Under the pieces are notes generated by a model. That model had not been told where the DNA came from. It saw nothing but the letters and a program-made list of their open reading frames with translations, and did not search any database. Below are positions 49,408 through 62,783 of a DNA stretch of 64,000 nucleotides, in pieces. The stretch lies in the NCBI GenBank assembly GCA_010093605.1, contig MU004181.1:3224001-3288000 (forward strand), given 5' to 3'. Each line of letters opens with the position of its first letter. Positions within the stretch are counted from its first letter, which is position 1. The DNA comes from Lophium mytilinum. Taxonomy: Eukaryota. The position numbers and the translations under genes are program-made.

Positions 49408-51490
49408 TCAAGCCTCCTCTAGTTTCTTCTCTTCATGCCGAATAATGTGCCCAGCCCCTGTATCCATATGCCCATGGATGATCGCGCCCTCCTCGAGTCG
49501 AATCTCAATCTTCCGCGTCATCAGATGATCCACATCCGACGCAAACGCTACAATCACGACTCCCACCACACCAAATGCGATAGTCGTCAAGTACACGATC
49601 TTGAACGCGCTCGCAAACGCTTGCTTCAGCCCTGCCACAGCGAGCCCCAACACCTGTGGCTTCACCGCTGCGAGAGCCGGATCCGCCACGTTGCCAGCGA
49701 GTAGTGCCTCGATGACCTCGGGGATAGTCGCTGGGGCCACACCACCTAGCGCCAGCGGCATGCCGACGTCTTTGGCGATGTTGTCCGTGAGCTTATTCTG
49801 TAGGATGGAGACGTAGATGGTGGAGCCGATAGCACCTCCAACGGTGCGGACGGAGATCATGACGCCTGTCGCGACGCCGATGAACTCGTGCTCGACGTTG
49901 AGCTGCACCATGGCGGCGGTCAAAATGGAAGTGCCGGCAACGAAGGAGTAGACGAGGAAGACGAGAGCCGTTGACGCGACGTGGCTCTCCGGCGTTACGA
50001 CAGCCTGGCATCCGGACAGTAGCGTAAGGCAGGCGATGATGAAGGTGAGCTGCCACCGTACATGGCCGAACTTGCGCATCGACCAGCCGTATATTGGACT
50101 CGTGCAGAGACCTCCAAAACCAGACGCGGTCGAGTACCACCCGTTTTGCATGTTAGATTTTGCGTAGAGAGCGACGACTTGCTGTGGCCAGATGACGGCC
50201 GTGCCGTAGAATAAGATCCCGTATATGAAAACTCCCGCGAGGATCACGGTAACTCCACGGACATTACGGAAGATGACAGGTGGGAAGATGGGCCAGTGGG
50301 CCCTTCCGTACGCTTCGTAGAAACCCATTGCAACCATGAGGAAGAAGCCGATGAGGAGTGGGGCCAATGCGCCAGCAGATTTCCTAGGAACTCGTGTTAG
50401 GGCAGAGCATAAACATATCAGCCAGGTGAAGATTCGCTTACCATGCGTAGAGCTGTCCTCCGACCGAAATTCCCCATAGAAAGAGCACAATTCCTGCAAT
50501 GTATAAGAACGTTCCGATGAAGTCTGTCTCCTTGAGCTGATCCATGGTTGTTTTTCCTTCTTCGTGCTGTGCGACGACATTCTTAGCTGATCGATCTTGT
50601 CAAGAGGTAGTAAGTGCTTACAATATACTGATTGATGGGGTGATAGAAGAAGAAGACCAAGATCAAGGCAGTAGCGTTAAGGGCAAATGTGAGCCAGAAG
50701 AGCGGTCGCCATGATCCGTTCTGAACGAAACCCCAACCTAGAGCTTCATCAGTACTACGCTTCCACGTTGGTCAGGGTTGTATCGTACCAATAAGTGGGC
50801 CTGTTACAGTTCCGCATGCAATACTAGACTCGAAGAAGCCGAAGGCAAATCCCCGAGAGCGCTTTGGGACAACCTCTCCTAAGCACGCCCAGGCTACCTA
50901 TGCATTGGTAAGTCAAGTCGTCTTCCAACCCAAGAGCTATTGTCTATCTTCATACCTGATGCATGGCATTGGCCATCCCCAAGAATGTCCCTCCTGCAAT
51001 CATGGTATTGACATCTTTGGACGTGGCGGCTATAATGGCTCCGATGATGCCGAAAATGTTTCCCACGAAAAGAATATTTCGGCGACCAAAGATGTCGCCG
51101 AGACGACCACAGACAGGCGCAAGAGCTGCAGCGCCTACGATCTGCGACGTAGCAATCCAGGAATAACTTGGCGATGGACCTAGCCGCTGTCAGCTCCCAT
51201 GTCAACATTTTCTATGGCCTAAGGACCTACCTATATCGCGGTTGATGACGGAGAGCACGGCAGACGTGCCAGTCAAGCAGAGGAGGTCAGCGAAATATCC
51301 CAGTTGAAACGACTATCCTCAATTAGTATCAAACTTGAATGCGATATTGATGATTGGTACGTACAAGTATCGCCAGGAATTTGCCAAAGGTGAAATTGAA
51401 GTCATCACCTGAGCGAATGCTTTCGTTACTCCTCTCATCAGTCGTCTTCTCGATATGGGAGGGCTCAAAGGAGGACGGCTTCTCCTCCAT
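49408..51490 (-). CDS. MFS transporter, TRI12/trichothecene efflux pump-like (14-TM type)
   Basis: GRLGDIFGRR, GEVVPK..RG, WRPLFW, RTVGGAIG, AFKIVYLTTIAFG motifs; several GT-AG introns. Confidence 0.9.
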
Positions 51491-53073
51491 ATTGTCCGAG
51501 TATGATTGAGGGTTGAAGTAGGAGTTGTGATTAGTACTCGATCAGATTGATGGATGATCCCTTGAAAAAATCCCGACAGAACGGTTGGGCAAACTGCAGC
51601 ATCCTATATGACAGCGATCTGATACCAAGCTCAGGGGTTCCCAGAATGCCGATACACGTTTCCGTTAGCATTCCGTCGGCAAGGGACGTGCCTCAACGAC
51701 ATCCTTGAACGTTTGCAAGGTGGGCTAGAGCCATCCAGGCTCACAGGCAAGTTCATATGCGGGGTTAGCGAGGCGTTATCCAGGGTGCAGTTGTTCACTG
51801 ACCACACGTAGGCATGCGCTCAAAATCCGGGGTAGCGGTATTGGCTTTCAAAAGGTTCGACTGAGTCGTGAGCATCCCGAGTCCCGGGTTTCTCTCATTG
51901 GACATTTGGGATTTCAAATCAACTAGTCCTACATTTCGTTGGGCGCTCGGCGAAGTCCTTGATTTCCATCTGTGGAGGAGCGGTAGAGGTGGGGGTGGGG
52001 GTGGGGATGCTTTGAAAATCCGGGGTCCGGGGATGAACGTCTGAATATGGGAAAGTCTGAAAATGCAGCCTCTCAGAGAGCGTATAGTGTTCTTAGACTC
52101 GGTTTAGGGCAACGATGATGAAGTAAAACTTAGTAGGAATCGAACAGTCAGTTAGTAGAGGTAGAAGGCTCATAAGTGATAGAAAGCATTGAGTAAAAAA
52201 AATCATCTGAGTTACCCCTGGGAGAATGCACGACGGAGATTCGACGACCCATAATTGCAATAGTGTCATCTAGAGCTCAGATCATGATCTCAACTTGACC
52301 CAAACGCTAAATGATATGTATCGTGTGTTCCGTTTACGACCTCCGGAAAGATTAGTCATGCCAACATCGAACAGAGTTAGCTGAGCGGCAAACAATTTTG
52401 TAAAACAAGATTCAAGCCGGCAGCATGTCTTCGCTTCATGTTGAGACGAGACGGTGAAGACCTTCGAGTTGTCTGATCAGATGTGGGTAGGCGGGCAGCT
52501 TATATCCCAACGAATCGTGCCGCTCGACCCGTCCCCGCGGTGAAGTCCCTTGTCCACAGGCACAGGACCGCTCGCTTAAGGGAGGTTCTGCGAGATTTGC
52601 CAATAGTTCCAGGTAGGCTAGAGCCTATGGCAGTGCATAGACGTGTCAGATGATTATGCCAGGGAGAGCTGATGAGATTGTTCTGGGTGGAAGGCTGGCT
52701 CGAATCAGTGCGTCCTAGCTTACTTAGCAATCACGTGCCTTGGCCAGACCAACTCCTTTCTTGAAGATTGGCAATTGCTCGCAATGCCTTGTGAAGCATG
52801 TTTCTTAGTCAGAGTCGCTAAGTACCCTCAGGTGTAGATTGGATGCCAGTGTATCACATCCCTCACGCTTAAACGTGAGAGTCCTCAAAGTCGATTAGAA
52901 TAGAACTAATACTACGGATATCGAGGTCTTAGGAGAAGAAACACTGAGCCCGGCACTCCATCCAGCCTTCACAAGAAGAAAGTCCAAGAGTCTTACCAAA
53001 CCTTGTCGTTCCCTGTACGACGCCCAACCTTGCTTTCAACTCCAACAGCCTACGCATGCCCACTTTCCAATGT

Positions 53074-55889
53074 CTACGTGTAGATACTCTCGGTGTACGC
53101 ATTCAAAGTCAAGCCCTGTTCAGCCATATCTGCATTCTCCAAGAACTTCATAGGCATCCACACTAGATGACCTTTGACCCTGTCCAGCTCCTTCCTTACT
53201 TCTGCCACTGGACGGTTTTTGTCATACAAATGACCCTGCTTGTGTTCCTTGTCGCCCTTCGGATTGGGGGTGAATTTGTCATAGTCCTCAAAAGTCAAGA
53301 TGATATCGTCAGGATCGGCATGGAACAGATCGCGGAATACGCTGGTGTTCGTGGAGGCATTCTTAGTCCACATATCCCACACCTGGTCAGAAAGTGGATC
53401 TGCAACGAACTCGTACTCGGGTCCTTCGTAGTTGTCATTCGGCGAGTCACCAGGCGGCTGTGCGTTTGGATCTTCTGAGGCATCAAGACTTTGAGCTGGG
53501 AGCAAGCCTAGATGCTCGCGCCAGAGGTTGCGACGAAGAGTTGCGGCGTGTCGTCCGGCTTTGAAGGGGACGCCATCCATTGTAGTCTCAATGAAGTCTG
53601 TATCGTTCATAACGATACTGAGTTCGGAGTCGTGGTAGCCGAGTTGAGACTAAAGAGATGATTAACTATTTTTCGTGGCAAAAAGAAGTTCGGGTTTGCA
53701 CTTACGCGATCGTTGATGTTTGAGCTTCCACAAATAACTGTCCTATCATCCACAATGCAAACCTTTGCATGGATATAAAGTTCCTCTTGGAAGAAATTCT
53801 CCTTCTCATCTTCTGGCTCACCATCCCACTCTTCAGTGCTGACCAACTTGTCGTTCAGCATGGCGTTATCAGCTATCGAGTCCGCATCGATGATACCGCC
53901 TTCATCGCCTTTGCCCACGTCGACGGATTCATCCATGAAATGCCGCCTCTTCTCGGCCGCAGCTTCTTTTGCTTCAGGTCCAGCATCAGCAGGTGCCATG
54001 ATCTCGTCTGCCTCTGCGCGTTGAAGTTCTGCGTACTTCATTCCTGATTTTTCTTCCTGCGCCTTGAGCTTGGCGTTAACATTGAGTCGATCGTAGGAAC
54101 GGAGATTGAACACGAAGATGTGTTGCTCTGGATCCACGCCTTGAGCCTTGATCTGACCGAATATGCTATGCTCTCCACGGCATATGCTTTTGTACTGGTA
54201 GTCCATGATGGCTCGAGTACCCGTTGCAGCGCTTTCACGGAGATCACCAGCAAAGCCCGGGATAGCTGGAATCACTATAATTACCCGGAATTTGCGACCT
54301 TCCCGGCCAGCGCTCACGCAGGCATCGACGATGGCACGTCCAATTTGGTTGTGTACAGGAGTCTGCTCTTCTCCAGTCGCAGTAACTATACTCATTAGCG
54401 TTACTCCTTTGTAAAGCCAAGGCACACTTACTGAAGAATTGGTTCTCAATGTATACATAGTGCTGTGCGTTGCGGATGGTGTCGCAATACGCGGTTTGGA
54501 TGCTATGTTCCGCAGGAAGGATCCCGCTGCTCCAGTCCGCGCTACTTCGTACTACTTGTGCGTGTACGGTACCTCGATTTTGAAGGTTCTTCGTACTGAC
54601 TGGGCTCAAGGGATGATGTATATACTCCCCAACCGGGAACTTCGGTCGCTGTACACCTATAAGATCTTCATCCTCGCCCTCTCGTCCTTCTAGAGTCAAC
54701 CAATCGTATCGGCCATCGCGTTTGTATTTATCACGCTTGCAAAAGTTCCAGCGGAGGACAAAGTGTTCGGCAATATCGAGGACGCATGGCCCAATGACTC
54801 CCATCGCGACGTCGTGCCACGGCATACGGCCGTATTCAGCTTTGCTGAGTTGGTTAGATTTCCAGTCCTCGACGTTTTGGAAGTCCATGATGCGGTTGTT
54901 GTTGAAATCTTGGCCAGGGAAGATCTCATTCTGCACACCCGAAGGATGCACGTCGGCTAAAGGGTGTTGTCTGTAATCCCAGCGCCCATAGCAAAGGTCC
55001 AGACCACCAATGAATGCCAGGGCATAGTCAATTACGATGAATTTCTCGTGATGAGCCTATTCTTACATCAGCACGGATGTAGGCATGACAGACGAGAATA
55101 ATTACCCAGTAGAAAGTCATGTCTCCAGCATTCTCAAGCACATTGTGATCAGGATGCCTCATCAAGTTGATGTTGCCATATCCAGGAGTGCCCTCAGGGC
55201 AGAGATTCATGATGGCCTTCTTCGTATGCTGGCTGTTGCAGGTGAGAGCCGCCGAAACCTAATCAAGCTAAGCTTCGAAAGAGTGTAAGGTCGATCCTCT
55301 AAGCACATACCTCCTTGTACACTATGATGTATATCTTGACGCCTTCTTCCGCCTTCTTCTTCAAAAGTCTATCAAGACGCCATTCTTGGTTGTAGAAAGG
55401 GGGACGACGGAGGAACTAGGCCATCAGGAGCTTTCACCATGGGAGCATTTTGAACCACGTACAAGTTCTGGGGACAGCCACCAATCTTCGATATAGATAG
55501 TTTCTTTCGCCCTCTCTAACGCAACTGAAACGGCCTAGTCGACATCAGTCTCAGGAGGTAGTCCCGTTCACGCGACGCATAAAACTTACCCAAAAGTAGT
55601 CCCTACCGTCAACATACCACTTGATCATGTTCCCGTCTCTTTCGGGCGCAAAGGAGTTGAAGCGATGGTTCTCACAGACCCTGCTTCTCTTCTCGTCCGT
55701 CTTCTGCTCATGCTCCTCGTCGTGACGATGATTTGGGTTAATCAGGTTGCCGAACTTTCCGATTTTGTGCTTCATATGAGTCGCCTTGACCTTGACATCG
55801 TGGAGATGAGTGTCCTTGAGCTTGTCGCGAAGGTGGCCGAATTTCCCTTTGAGGCCATGGCTCTCGCTGTCGGCGGCGCTCCCAGACAT
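53074..55889 (-). CDS. Phospholipase D (two HKD motifs, no PX/PH domain)
   Basis: WYVDGRDYFW, HHEKFIVID....FIGGLDLCYGRWD, RMPWHD, YIENQFF, LYIHAKVCIVDD...ICGSSNINDRS, LWREHLG. Confidence 0.95.
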
Positions 55890-56709
55890 GTCAGCTGTAC
55901 TTTGATACCGCGGGCTGGAGGACTAGCAGGGCGATTTGGGTGGAAAGTTCGATTGGCGGGGTAGGAGGCCAGTGCCACGATGCAGCGCGGGGGACTGTGG
56001 ATGGATATAAGAGCTGCGCAGGGGTTTGGTGGTGAGATACTTTTCCTTGAAAGATGGCTGGATGGCCTTGCAGGAAGCTTGGATGGTGGGGCCACAGGGC
56101 GGAGCGCGCTTGCCCTGGTGACGTAGAGCCAAGCCCGGTCTGCCCCTCCCATTTCCTAATCTTGTTCTATTAACAGACCTCCCTTCTCAACGACGCTATT
56201 ATGGCGAGGTTGACAACGTTGCACGCAAATCAAGATAACGAACTTAGGTCTCTTTCGGCGCTTGAAAAGCACTGGAGCACTCGTGGCGTACAGAAAAATG
56301 ACCTCTTTGGTGTGTCGCCTTTTGCATGCCCAGACCTAACCACCTAGATCTTGCATTAGCCCCTTGCGTATCAAGATTAGATTAGATAGTTCATGCACGG
56401 TAACATCATTCAGAAAATCACAAGATATCTAACGGATCTAAACGAGCAAGAAACCTGCGCGTTAATTGGATTTATACCGGTGTCCCACTCAACTATCGGC
56501 TATGAGAGGACCAGAGTAAGTCTGCCCGTAGCATGCTTTCCCTACTAGTATAGACCAAGCACGCCCCTAAGGAACTTGTGGGTTGTAAGTAAGAACAGCC
56601 TTGTCTCGCCATGATCTGTGTCTCTGATCCTCGCTCTTTCCCGCAGTGGATCACATTTGTCTTCCACATGCGACAAGAAATTATGATGAGACATCGTAGT
56701 GGACTCTCC

Positions 56710-57738
56710 TTAGACCCTCGGCCTCTTCCGGAGACCGTCCTCCTTATCATCATGTCGCTCTCTCTCGACCATCATGGGTTCTTCCAACCACTTGTACAGA
56801 GGTTCATTTCCTGTATGGATAGTCAGCTTCGGGATGTGAGCTTTCAACCGTCGGAGCTGTAACATCTCGCAGCAAGAGTCGAAGAGCTTTGGCTTGAAGA
56901 ATGACTTGCTCAGCCCAGAACGGTTCGGGATCAAGACCTCAACCATCTGGAGACTCTTGCACTCTTCCAGAAGGGTAGTAAAGCGTCTCGCAACGCTTTC
57001 CGGACCGCCATTCAGCAACGGTCCCGTACCGGCGTGGTAAGAACCACGCAGCTCGCCTATGTCCCATTCTTGAGACCACCAGACGATCTTGATCGCAGCC
57101 ATGTTTCTGCGGCCGATTTCGCCAATGCCCTCGACAAAATGACATGCCAAGTTGAGGTCGCCTCTCCTTCCAGAGTATGCTGTGAGGTCGAAAACAGTGC
57201 ACGCAAAAAAGATTGAGCCGACCTCAAGACGCATTTGCTTGTTGACTGCCAAGCATGAGAGCTTGGGGTGGCTCGGTAAGAAGAACTTATTCGGCTCGTC
57301 GTCGCCTAAGTCCTCATCCATTGCGAGAATCTGGCCTGGGTGCAGTTTCAGCTCCCAATAGCCTTCCGTCTCATTCTCGAGAACGAAATGGTAGATGATA
57401 AGCCGAAGCTCGGGAGGGAGCTTGAAAAGGGGAAAGCCCTTCTTGTTGCGGCGTTGGAATAAGGAACTGATGACTGGAACAGCGGTCACAACTCGAGATC
57501 CTTGCTCCTAGAGGAGATAGTTAGGGGAGATTTCTCTCGGCATGGACGAAGAAGCTTGACTTACCTTGACTAGTGGACGAGATATCCTGGTCATGGTTGA
57601 CAGGCGCTTCGCCGGGCGCTTCGGAGCTTTGGCTTTGGAGATTGTTTTGGCTCTGCCGCCTCCTCCCTAACGAGCAGTCAGTACTCTGAAGCAGCATATG
57701 CTCATTGGTAGGAAGTTACTGACCTTCGACTTGTCCAT
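56710..57738 (-). CDS. Hypothetical protein with F-box-like LPxELR motif; paralogue of 58513..59728
   Basis: FPLFKLPPELRLIIYHFVL; exon 1 MDKSK|GTCAGT; basic C-terminal RKRPRV. Confidence 0.72.
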
Positions 57739-58512
57739 GGTTGCCGGTGCACCTTCGTCTTGGACAAAGACGAGGATGGAGGTTAGAGGGAGAGTGAGGT
57801 GGACAAAGTGTCGGTAGATAACGGTTAGACGAGTAGTGCCCTTCACTTCACTTTGAAGGGACCACGTGACTTCATCAGAGATGGTAAAGCCCTCGAAGCA
57901 ATCAGACAGCAACGACGCAGTTGAAGTGGTCAGATCCATATTGCCAACCTTGAGAAGCGTTAGGGAAGCTAAAAATCTGATAACAAGGACTTGTGTGGTA
58001 TGAGGGCTTTTGCAAGAACAGCCTTTGGGACACTAGATCATATACGTTACCAGGACATAAGCTTGAGCACTATCTCTTGGCACAGTAGGCCTTGATGCCT
58101 CTTCTCGATCTCTAATAGCACGCTGCATCTCCCCGAACGGCGGCATAGCTGGATCATGAGCTTATCGGCACTATTCCATTTTGCGCCGTTTACACTCCGA
58201 CATCTTAGCTTCACTTTTTCCGATGTACCGAAGCATTTCAAATGGTAGCAATCGATTGAGCATGGACGTTTGTTCAGATCCTGTACAGACCACAAACAGA
58301 CCGCCAATTAAGGACGGCAGTCACAACTCTTCAACACTGCTGCACAATGTACTTCCACGAGAAAACTGCCGTGAATTTATAGCATATCTATATGCTGACC
58401 TTTAAGAAACTCTATTTCCATAGGCTTTGCAGCTTGCTACCCATGAATAGCACTTCTCTCATGCCCGTGTAGAAGATAAGGCCCAGCTGCCCTTTAGGAG
58501 TCCCCAGCCCAC

Positions 58513-59728
58513 TCAACCCTTCCTCTTCTTTCGTGACTCTGAAGCATCATCAGCCTCCGCACTTCTCTTCGTCGCCACGGGCGCCATCAACCAATTCTTG
58601 AGAGGCTCGTTGTCCTTGCTGATGATGTTAACGTGGGGTACGAAGCCACAGAGCGAGCGGAGATTCTCCAAGCCGCAGGCCCAACTGTAGTCGTTCGGTT
58701 TGAGGGTACCAGAACCGAGGCCACAGCGGTACGGGATCGTTACATCCAGCCAGCGAAGTCTGGGACACGACTTCAGTAGCTTTGTCAACGCCTTGGAAAA
58801 TCCAGACTTAAACCAGGCCGTGGATCGTGGCGAAAAGTGTTTGTTGACGTGCCATTCACTGGTCCACCAGCCCAAATCGATCGCGGTGATATTGGCACGA
58901 CCTATTTCGCCAATCCCGTTGATAAAAGCGCAAGCTAGTTCGAGATCGTTGTAGAGTGAGTTTGAGCATCCTTTTGCAAGCACAAATGTAGTGCGCTCGA
59001 TCGCCAGCGGTGCGAACTCCGACCGAATCTGGCGATTAACGTCTAGGCATCGGAAGCGTCCGTCATGAGGGAGGAAAAAGCCTGCAGCGCCAGTCGGAGG
59101 AGCTATATTTGAAACCGTACCGGAGTGCCCCAGACCACGAGCCCTGAATAGGCATAGTCGCATTTTATACCCGCAAAATTCGTAGCTCTCGTTCTCAAGC
59201 ACCCATCCATAGACCATGTTTCTGAGTTCTGCTGGGAGCTCAAAGAATGGGAAGGTATGCTTGCGGCGGCCGTGGGTGGATATTTCAATTTCGACCTTCT
59301 TTCCAGCGTGGGATACAATTTCCTTAAGCAAACTTAGCATTGCCTCAATGTTTTGATACCTTGGGGCGTAATTACTTGGCTAGCGATGAATCGATCTTCC
59401 TTGTTGAAGGCATTGAACGTAGTTGCGACTCTCTCGTTTCCTTCAAAAGCCAGATCAACGACAACATCGTGGCCGCTCCGCGTGATTCGGATCTTCCCGT
59501 CAGAAAACTTAAGGATCTAGATGTCGATGAGTCTGGGCTTTCAGATCAAATTGGGTAGGACAGTGTCCTACCTTGAAGTCCGTATCTGAACAGATAACCT
59601 CGCCATCGGGTTCCTCCTTCTGGCCTCCATCGCCGTCGGGGGGTTCACCACCACCCTGGAATCTCGTTAGATATCTGATTGTGCAGAAACGTGGTGCGGA
59701 AGTGGTCACTGACCTTGAAGACCTCCAT
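58513..59728 (-). CDS. Hypothetical protein with F-box-like LPxELR motif; paralogue of 56710..57738
   Basis: FPFFELPAELRNMVYGWVL; shared DL.LAC.F..GIGEIGR.N..AI...WW..EW; exon 1 MEVFK|GTCAGT; basic C-terminal RKKRKG. Confidence 0.72.
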
Positions 59729-60335
59729 CGCGGTGTTACTGCTGAATAGTTTCACGGAGGAGGATGAAGATGAGGATTGATAGAAGAACGAGAGGTGAGG
59801 AGGTTGAAAGATACGAAAGCCGCTAGCGCGATTGCACTTCACTTTCGACTAGATGGGGTGATCCAGGACTAAGCGATAAGTCCAGGCACATAGATGTACC
59901 GCTTGCCCGTTACAAGAGCTGGACATTACTCTCTGGAGCAGCCTATTGCCATGAAGCCAGCCAGTCAAGGTCGATCAATAGCTAGCTCAATTTCCGGCGC
60001 ATACGTAGAATTTACCTCGCTTTGACGGCAGCAGGGTATTAAAAACAGTGGTTAAAGACTCCACAGAGATGTATTGCCAGCCACAGTAGGCCCGTTGTGC
60101 GTAAGACAGATAGAAAGAGAGCTAATGAGATCAACGAGGAATAGTCAGACCCTACGATATATATTGCAGACTCCCGTTATGTGAGGAGCATATGCAGCTC
60201 TACTACAGAAGGAAATTACTCGAGGAGGAAGAAAAGACTCCGCTTGTGTACCATTCTAGAGATCCGTTACGCGTATTCCACATACTCTAATTATCGGTAA
60301 ATCATTCTTGAAGAACTCTAGAACGTGCTGCGCTC

Positions 60336-61665
60336 CTATTTGTACAGCAGTCGCTCAACCATCTCTGCAATCGCCAGACTACTAGTCAGCCCAGGACTCT
60401 CTATCCCCAGTAGATTTACAAAATTCTCAAATCCCTCCTCCGTCTTTATGTAAAAGTCTTGGAACCCCTTCCCACTCGCCACAGCGCCCATCTTTCCTAG
60501 CTTCGGTCGGATACCAGCGTAGTCCAGGCCAATGGCATCGCGGTCGATACCCGGAAGATATGACTGGATGTCGTCAATAGCGGTAGTAAGGTTCTTGTCG
60601 TTGACTCGTAGATCCATCGGGTCATCGACCCATTCAACATCCGGGCCAAATCGTATGCGGCCAGCCATGTCGAGAGTCAGATGCGTACCAAGCCCACCAT
60701 GTCCTGGTATTGGAGCCGGGTACACGAGAATTGATGGCTTCGGTCTGGACAAGGAGTAGGAAAAGTAGGAACCCTTCGCGTAGTAAGGCTTGAGATGACG
60801 ATCTGAGGGTAGAATCATGTTCGAGATCGGAATTGCAGCAAGGCCCGCAGAGTTGATGAGGGTCTCTGCTGTTATACTAGACTCCTCGCCTCCAGATACG
60901 GTCGTGATCTTCCATCCTCCAGAGCCAGATTGAATAGGCTCGACTGCAGTGACTTCCGCGTTGAATGCGCACATGCCGCCGCTCTCTTCGAAGTCGCCTT
61001 CAAGATACTGCATGAGGGAATGACTGTCCACAATGCCAGTTGATGTGCTCTCCAGAACTCCCGCTTCGGCTCGAACGTCGGGCTCACGCTGCTTGGCTTC
61101 TTCTGAAGATACGAAATGCGTCGGGACGCCGATCGTGGACGCGAATGAATGGACCTTTTCTAACGCTTCCATCTGCTGCTCATCCTGTGCCACGATCCAT
61201 TTGCCACAGTTCATATGCGGTATATCATTCTTTCTACACAGTTCATACATCATTTCTTTACCGCGCAAACATAGCTTGGTCTTGAGCGACGTCTCGCCAT
61301 AATAAAGGCCGGCGTGAATCACCTAGAACAGAAACATGAGTATCTCCGCTTGAAAAGTGACTAACGTCATTTGATCTTCCTCTCTTGAAGTGGCGCTGCG
61401 AAGGAGACGAGAGTTGGAGGTATTCAAGAAAAAATATCATATACACCTCAGAGTTCCGACTGCTGGTCTCGGTGCCCACGGTCCCGTGCTTCTCGACTAG
61501 CACCGTGCTCGCCCCGTCTCTTGCCTGTAGTTTCCGTGCGATTGCTAACCCTACAACACCTCCTCCTACGACAGCATGTGTGAAGTCTGCGTTTCGGATA
61601 ACGCTTGTGGAGAACAGCCGACCCTCCGCGCAGCCCACTGCCCGCCGGGATGCGCAGGCGAACAT
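60336..61665 (-). CDS. L-2-hydroxyglutarate dehydrogenase-like FAD oxidoreductase (mitochondrial)
   Basis: Presequence-like N-terminus, [33 protein letters not shown]...[27 protein letters not shown]; intron 61323..61446. Confidence 0.93.
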
Positions 61666-62129
61666 GTTACGCAGACAGAAGAGTACTATATGCTAGAAAA
61701 GAGCCAATTGAGAGGCAATGGTACGTAAAGCTTGGAAGGAGAGCAATCGGACTTTTGTACAAAGGGTAATGGCTGAGGCATTGCTTTTGACCCATGACGT
61801 TGGCTATGAAGATCTCCACTAGTCTCCGTCGCACTAGCGTGACAAGGGGTAAGCTTCCTAGGTCCTTTGCTCGTTTAATTTTAGTGAACGTTTTAGACTT
61901 TGCATAAGAAAGAAGGAGTCGTAGAATGCTTGTTGTGATGTAGTAGAGAATCTCTACATTTTCGGATCCCGACTGCTTCGCCAGGAAGTATGATCATATA
62001 GTCGTAAAAGTCTCAGCAGTCGTGAGCCGCAGGAAAGCAGACACGAGGACCATTTTCGCCCAATACCAGATCAAGACAATGAAAGATCCTCCATGCATGA
62101 ACCATCCCATACCCCTCGCCCAGACACGA

Positions 62130-62783
62130 CTATCCCTCCTCCACAGTGCTGGAGTATCCCGGATCCTCATTCCCCTTCACCATCAACCTCTCGCTGTACA
62201 CGTGCTTGAAGTCCTCCGGGCTCCAGCTCTGCTTCCTGCCCAGATCCCCCAGCTTCAGCCCCACCGGCTTCGCCCTCTTGACCGCCTCCGCCTGGCCCTC
62301 TCCCACTCCCGTCTTCAATGGCACCACTCCCTTCCCTGCAGCAATCGAGTCCGGCGACATTCTGCCTGGTTCCTCGTAGACAGCCGAAGTGTGCGGCACA
62401 GGCGACATTCCAGCCCCAACCAGCGCCTCTGCATAGTTCGAGCTGCTAGTCCGCGCTGGCGCTCGTCTGTACGCTAGCTTCGCCTCGTCGTCCGCACCGT
62501 CCCTTCCCTGGGTCTTTTCTCCCGCGCCGTCCGTGCTCGCAGCCATGTATCCGGATTTGCTTGCTGCGAGGGCGTGGATGGCCTCGAAGCGGGCTGCCGC
62601 GTCTGGCAGTGGAGTAGTCGGGGCGGCGGAGTCGGTCTGCGCCTGCGAGTTTGCCGTGAGGGCGGCTTCGGCTTCGGAGCGTGTGTTTGGTGTTAGTTGG
62701 GAGGGTGTACCGAGGCCGTATGATGGACTGCTTGTGAGTGCGGCTCGGGTTGAGAGGAAGGCAGTGGATTCCGAGTCGCCCAT
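62130..62783 (-). CDS. Hypothetical fungal protein
   Basis: Coding-like ORF from GCCAACATG (MGDSEST...) ending LGRKQSWSPEDFKHVYSERLM...; TATAT upstream. Confidence 0.6.
   Translation of the reverse strand: MGDSESTAFLSTRAALTSSPSYGLGTPSQLTPNTRSEAEAALTANSQAQTDSAAPTTPLPDAAARFEAIHALAASKSGYMAASTDGAGEKTQGRDGADDEAKLAYRRAPARTSSSNYAEALVGAGMSPVPHTSAVYEEPGRMSPDSIAAGKGVVPLKTGVGEGQAEAVKRAKPVGLKLGDLGRKQSWSPEDFKHVYSERLMVKGNEDPGYSSTVEEG

Noticed and set aside
59330..59385. Apparent frameshift near the start of ORF 58513..59340
   Set aside because: Explained by a GTAATT...GCTAAG...TTAAG intron that joins the upstream exon in frame.
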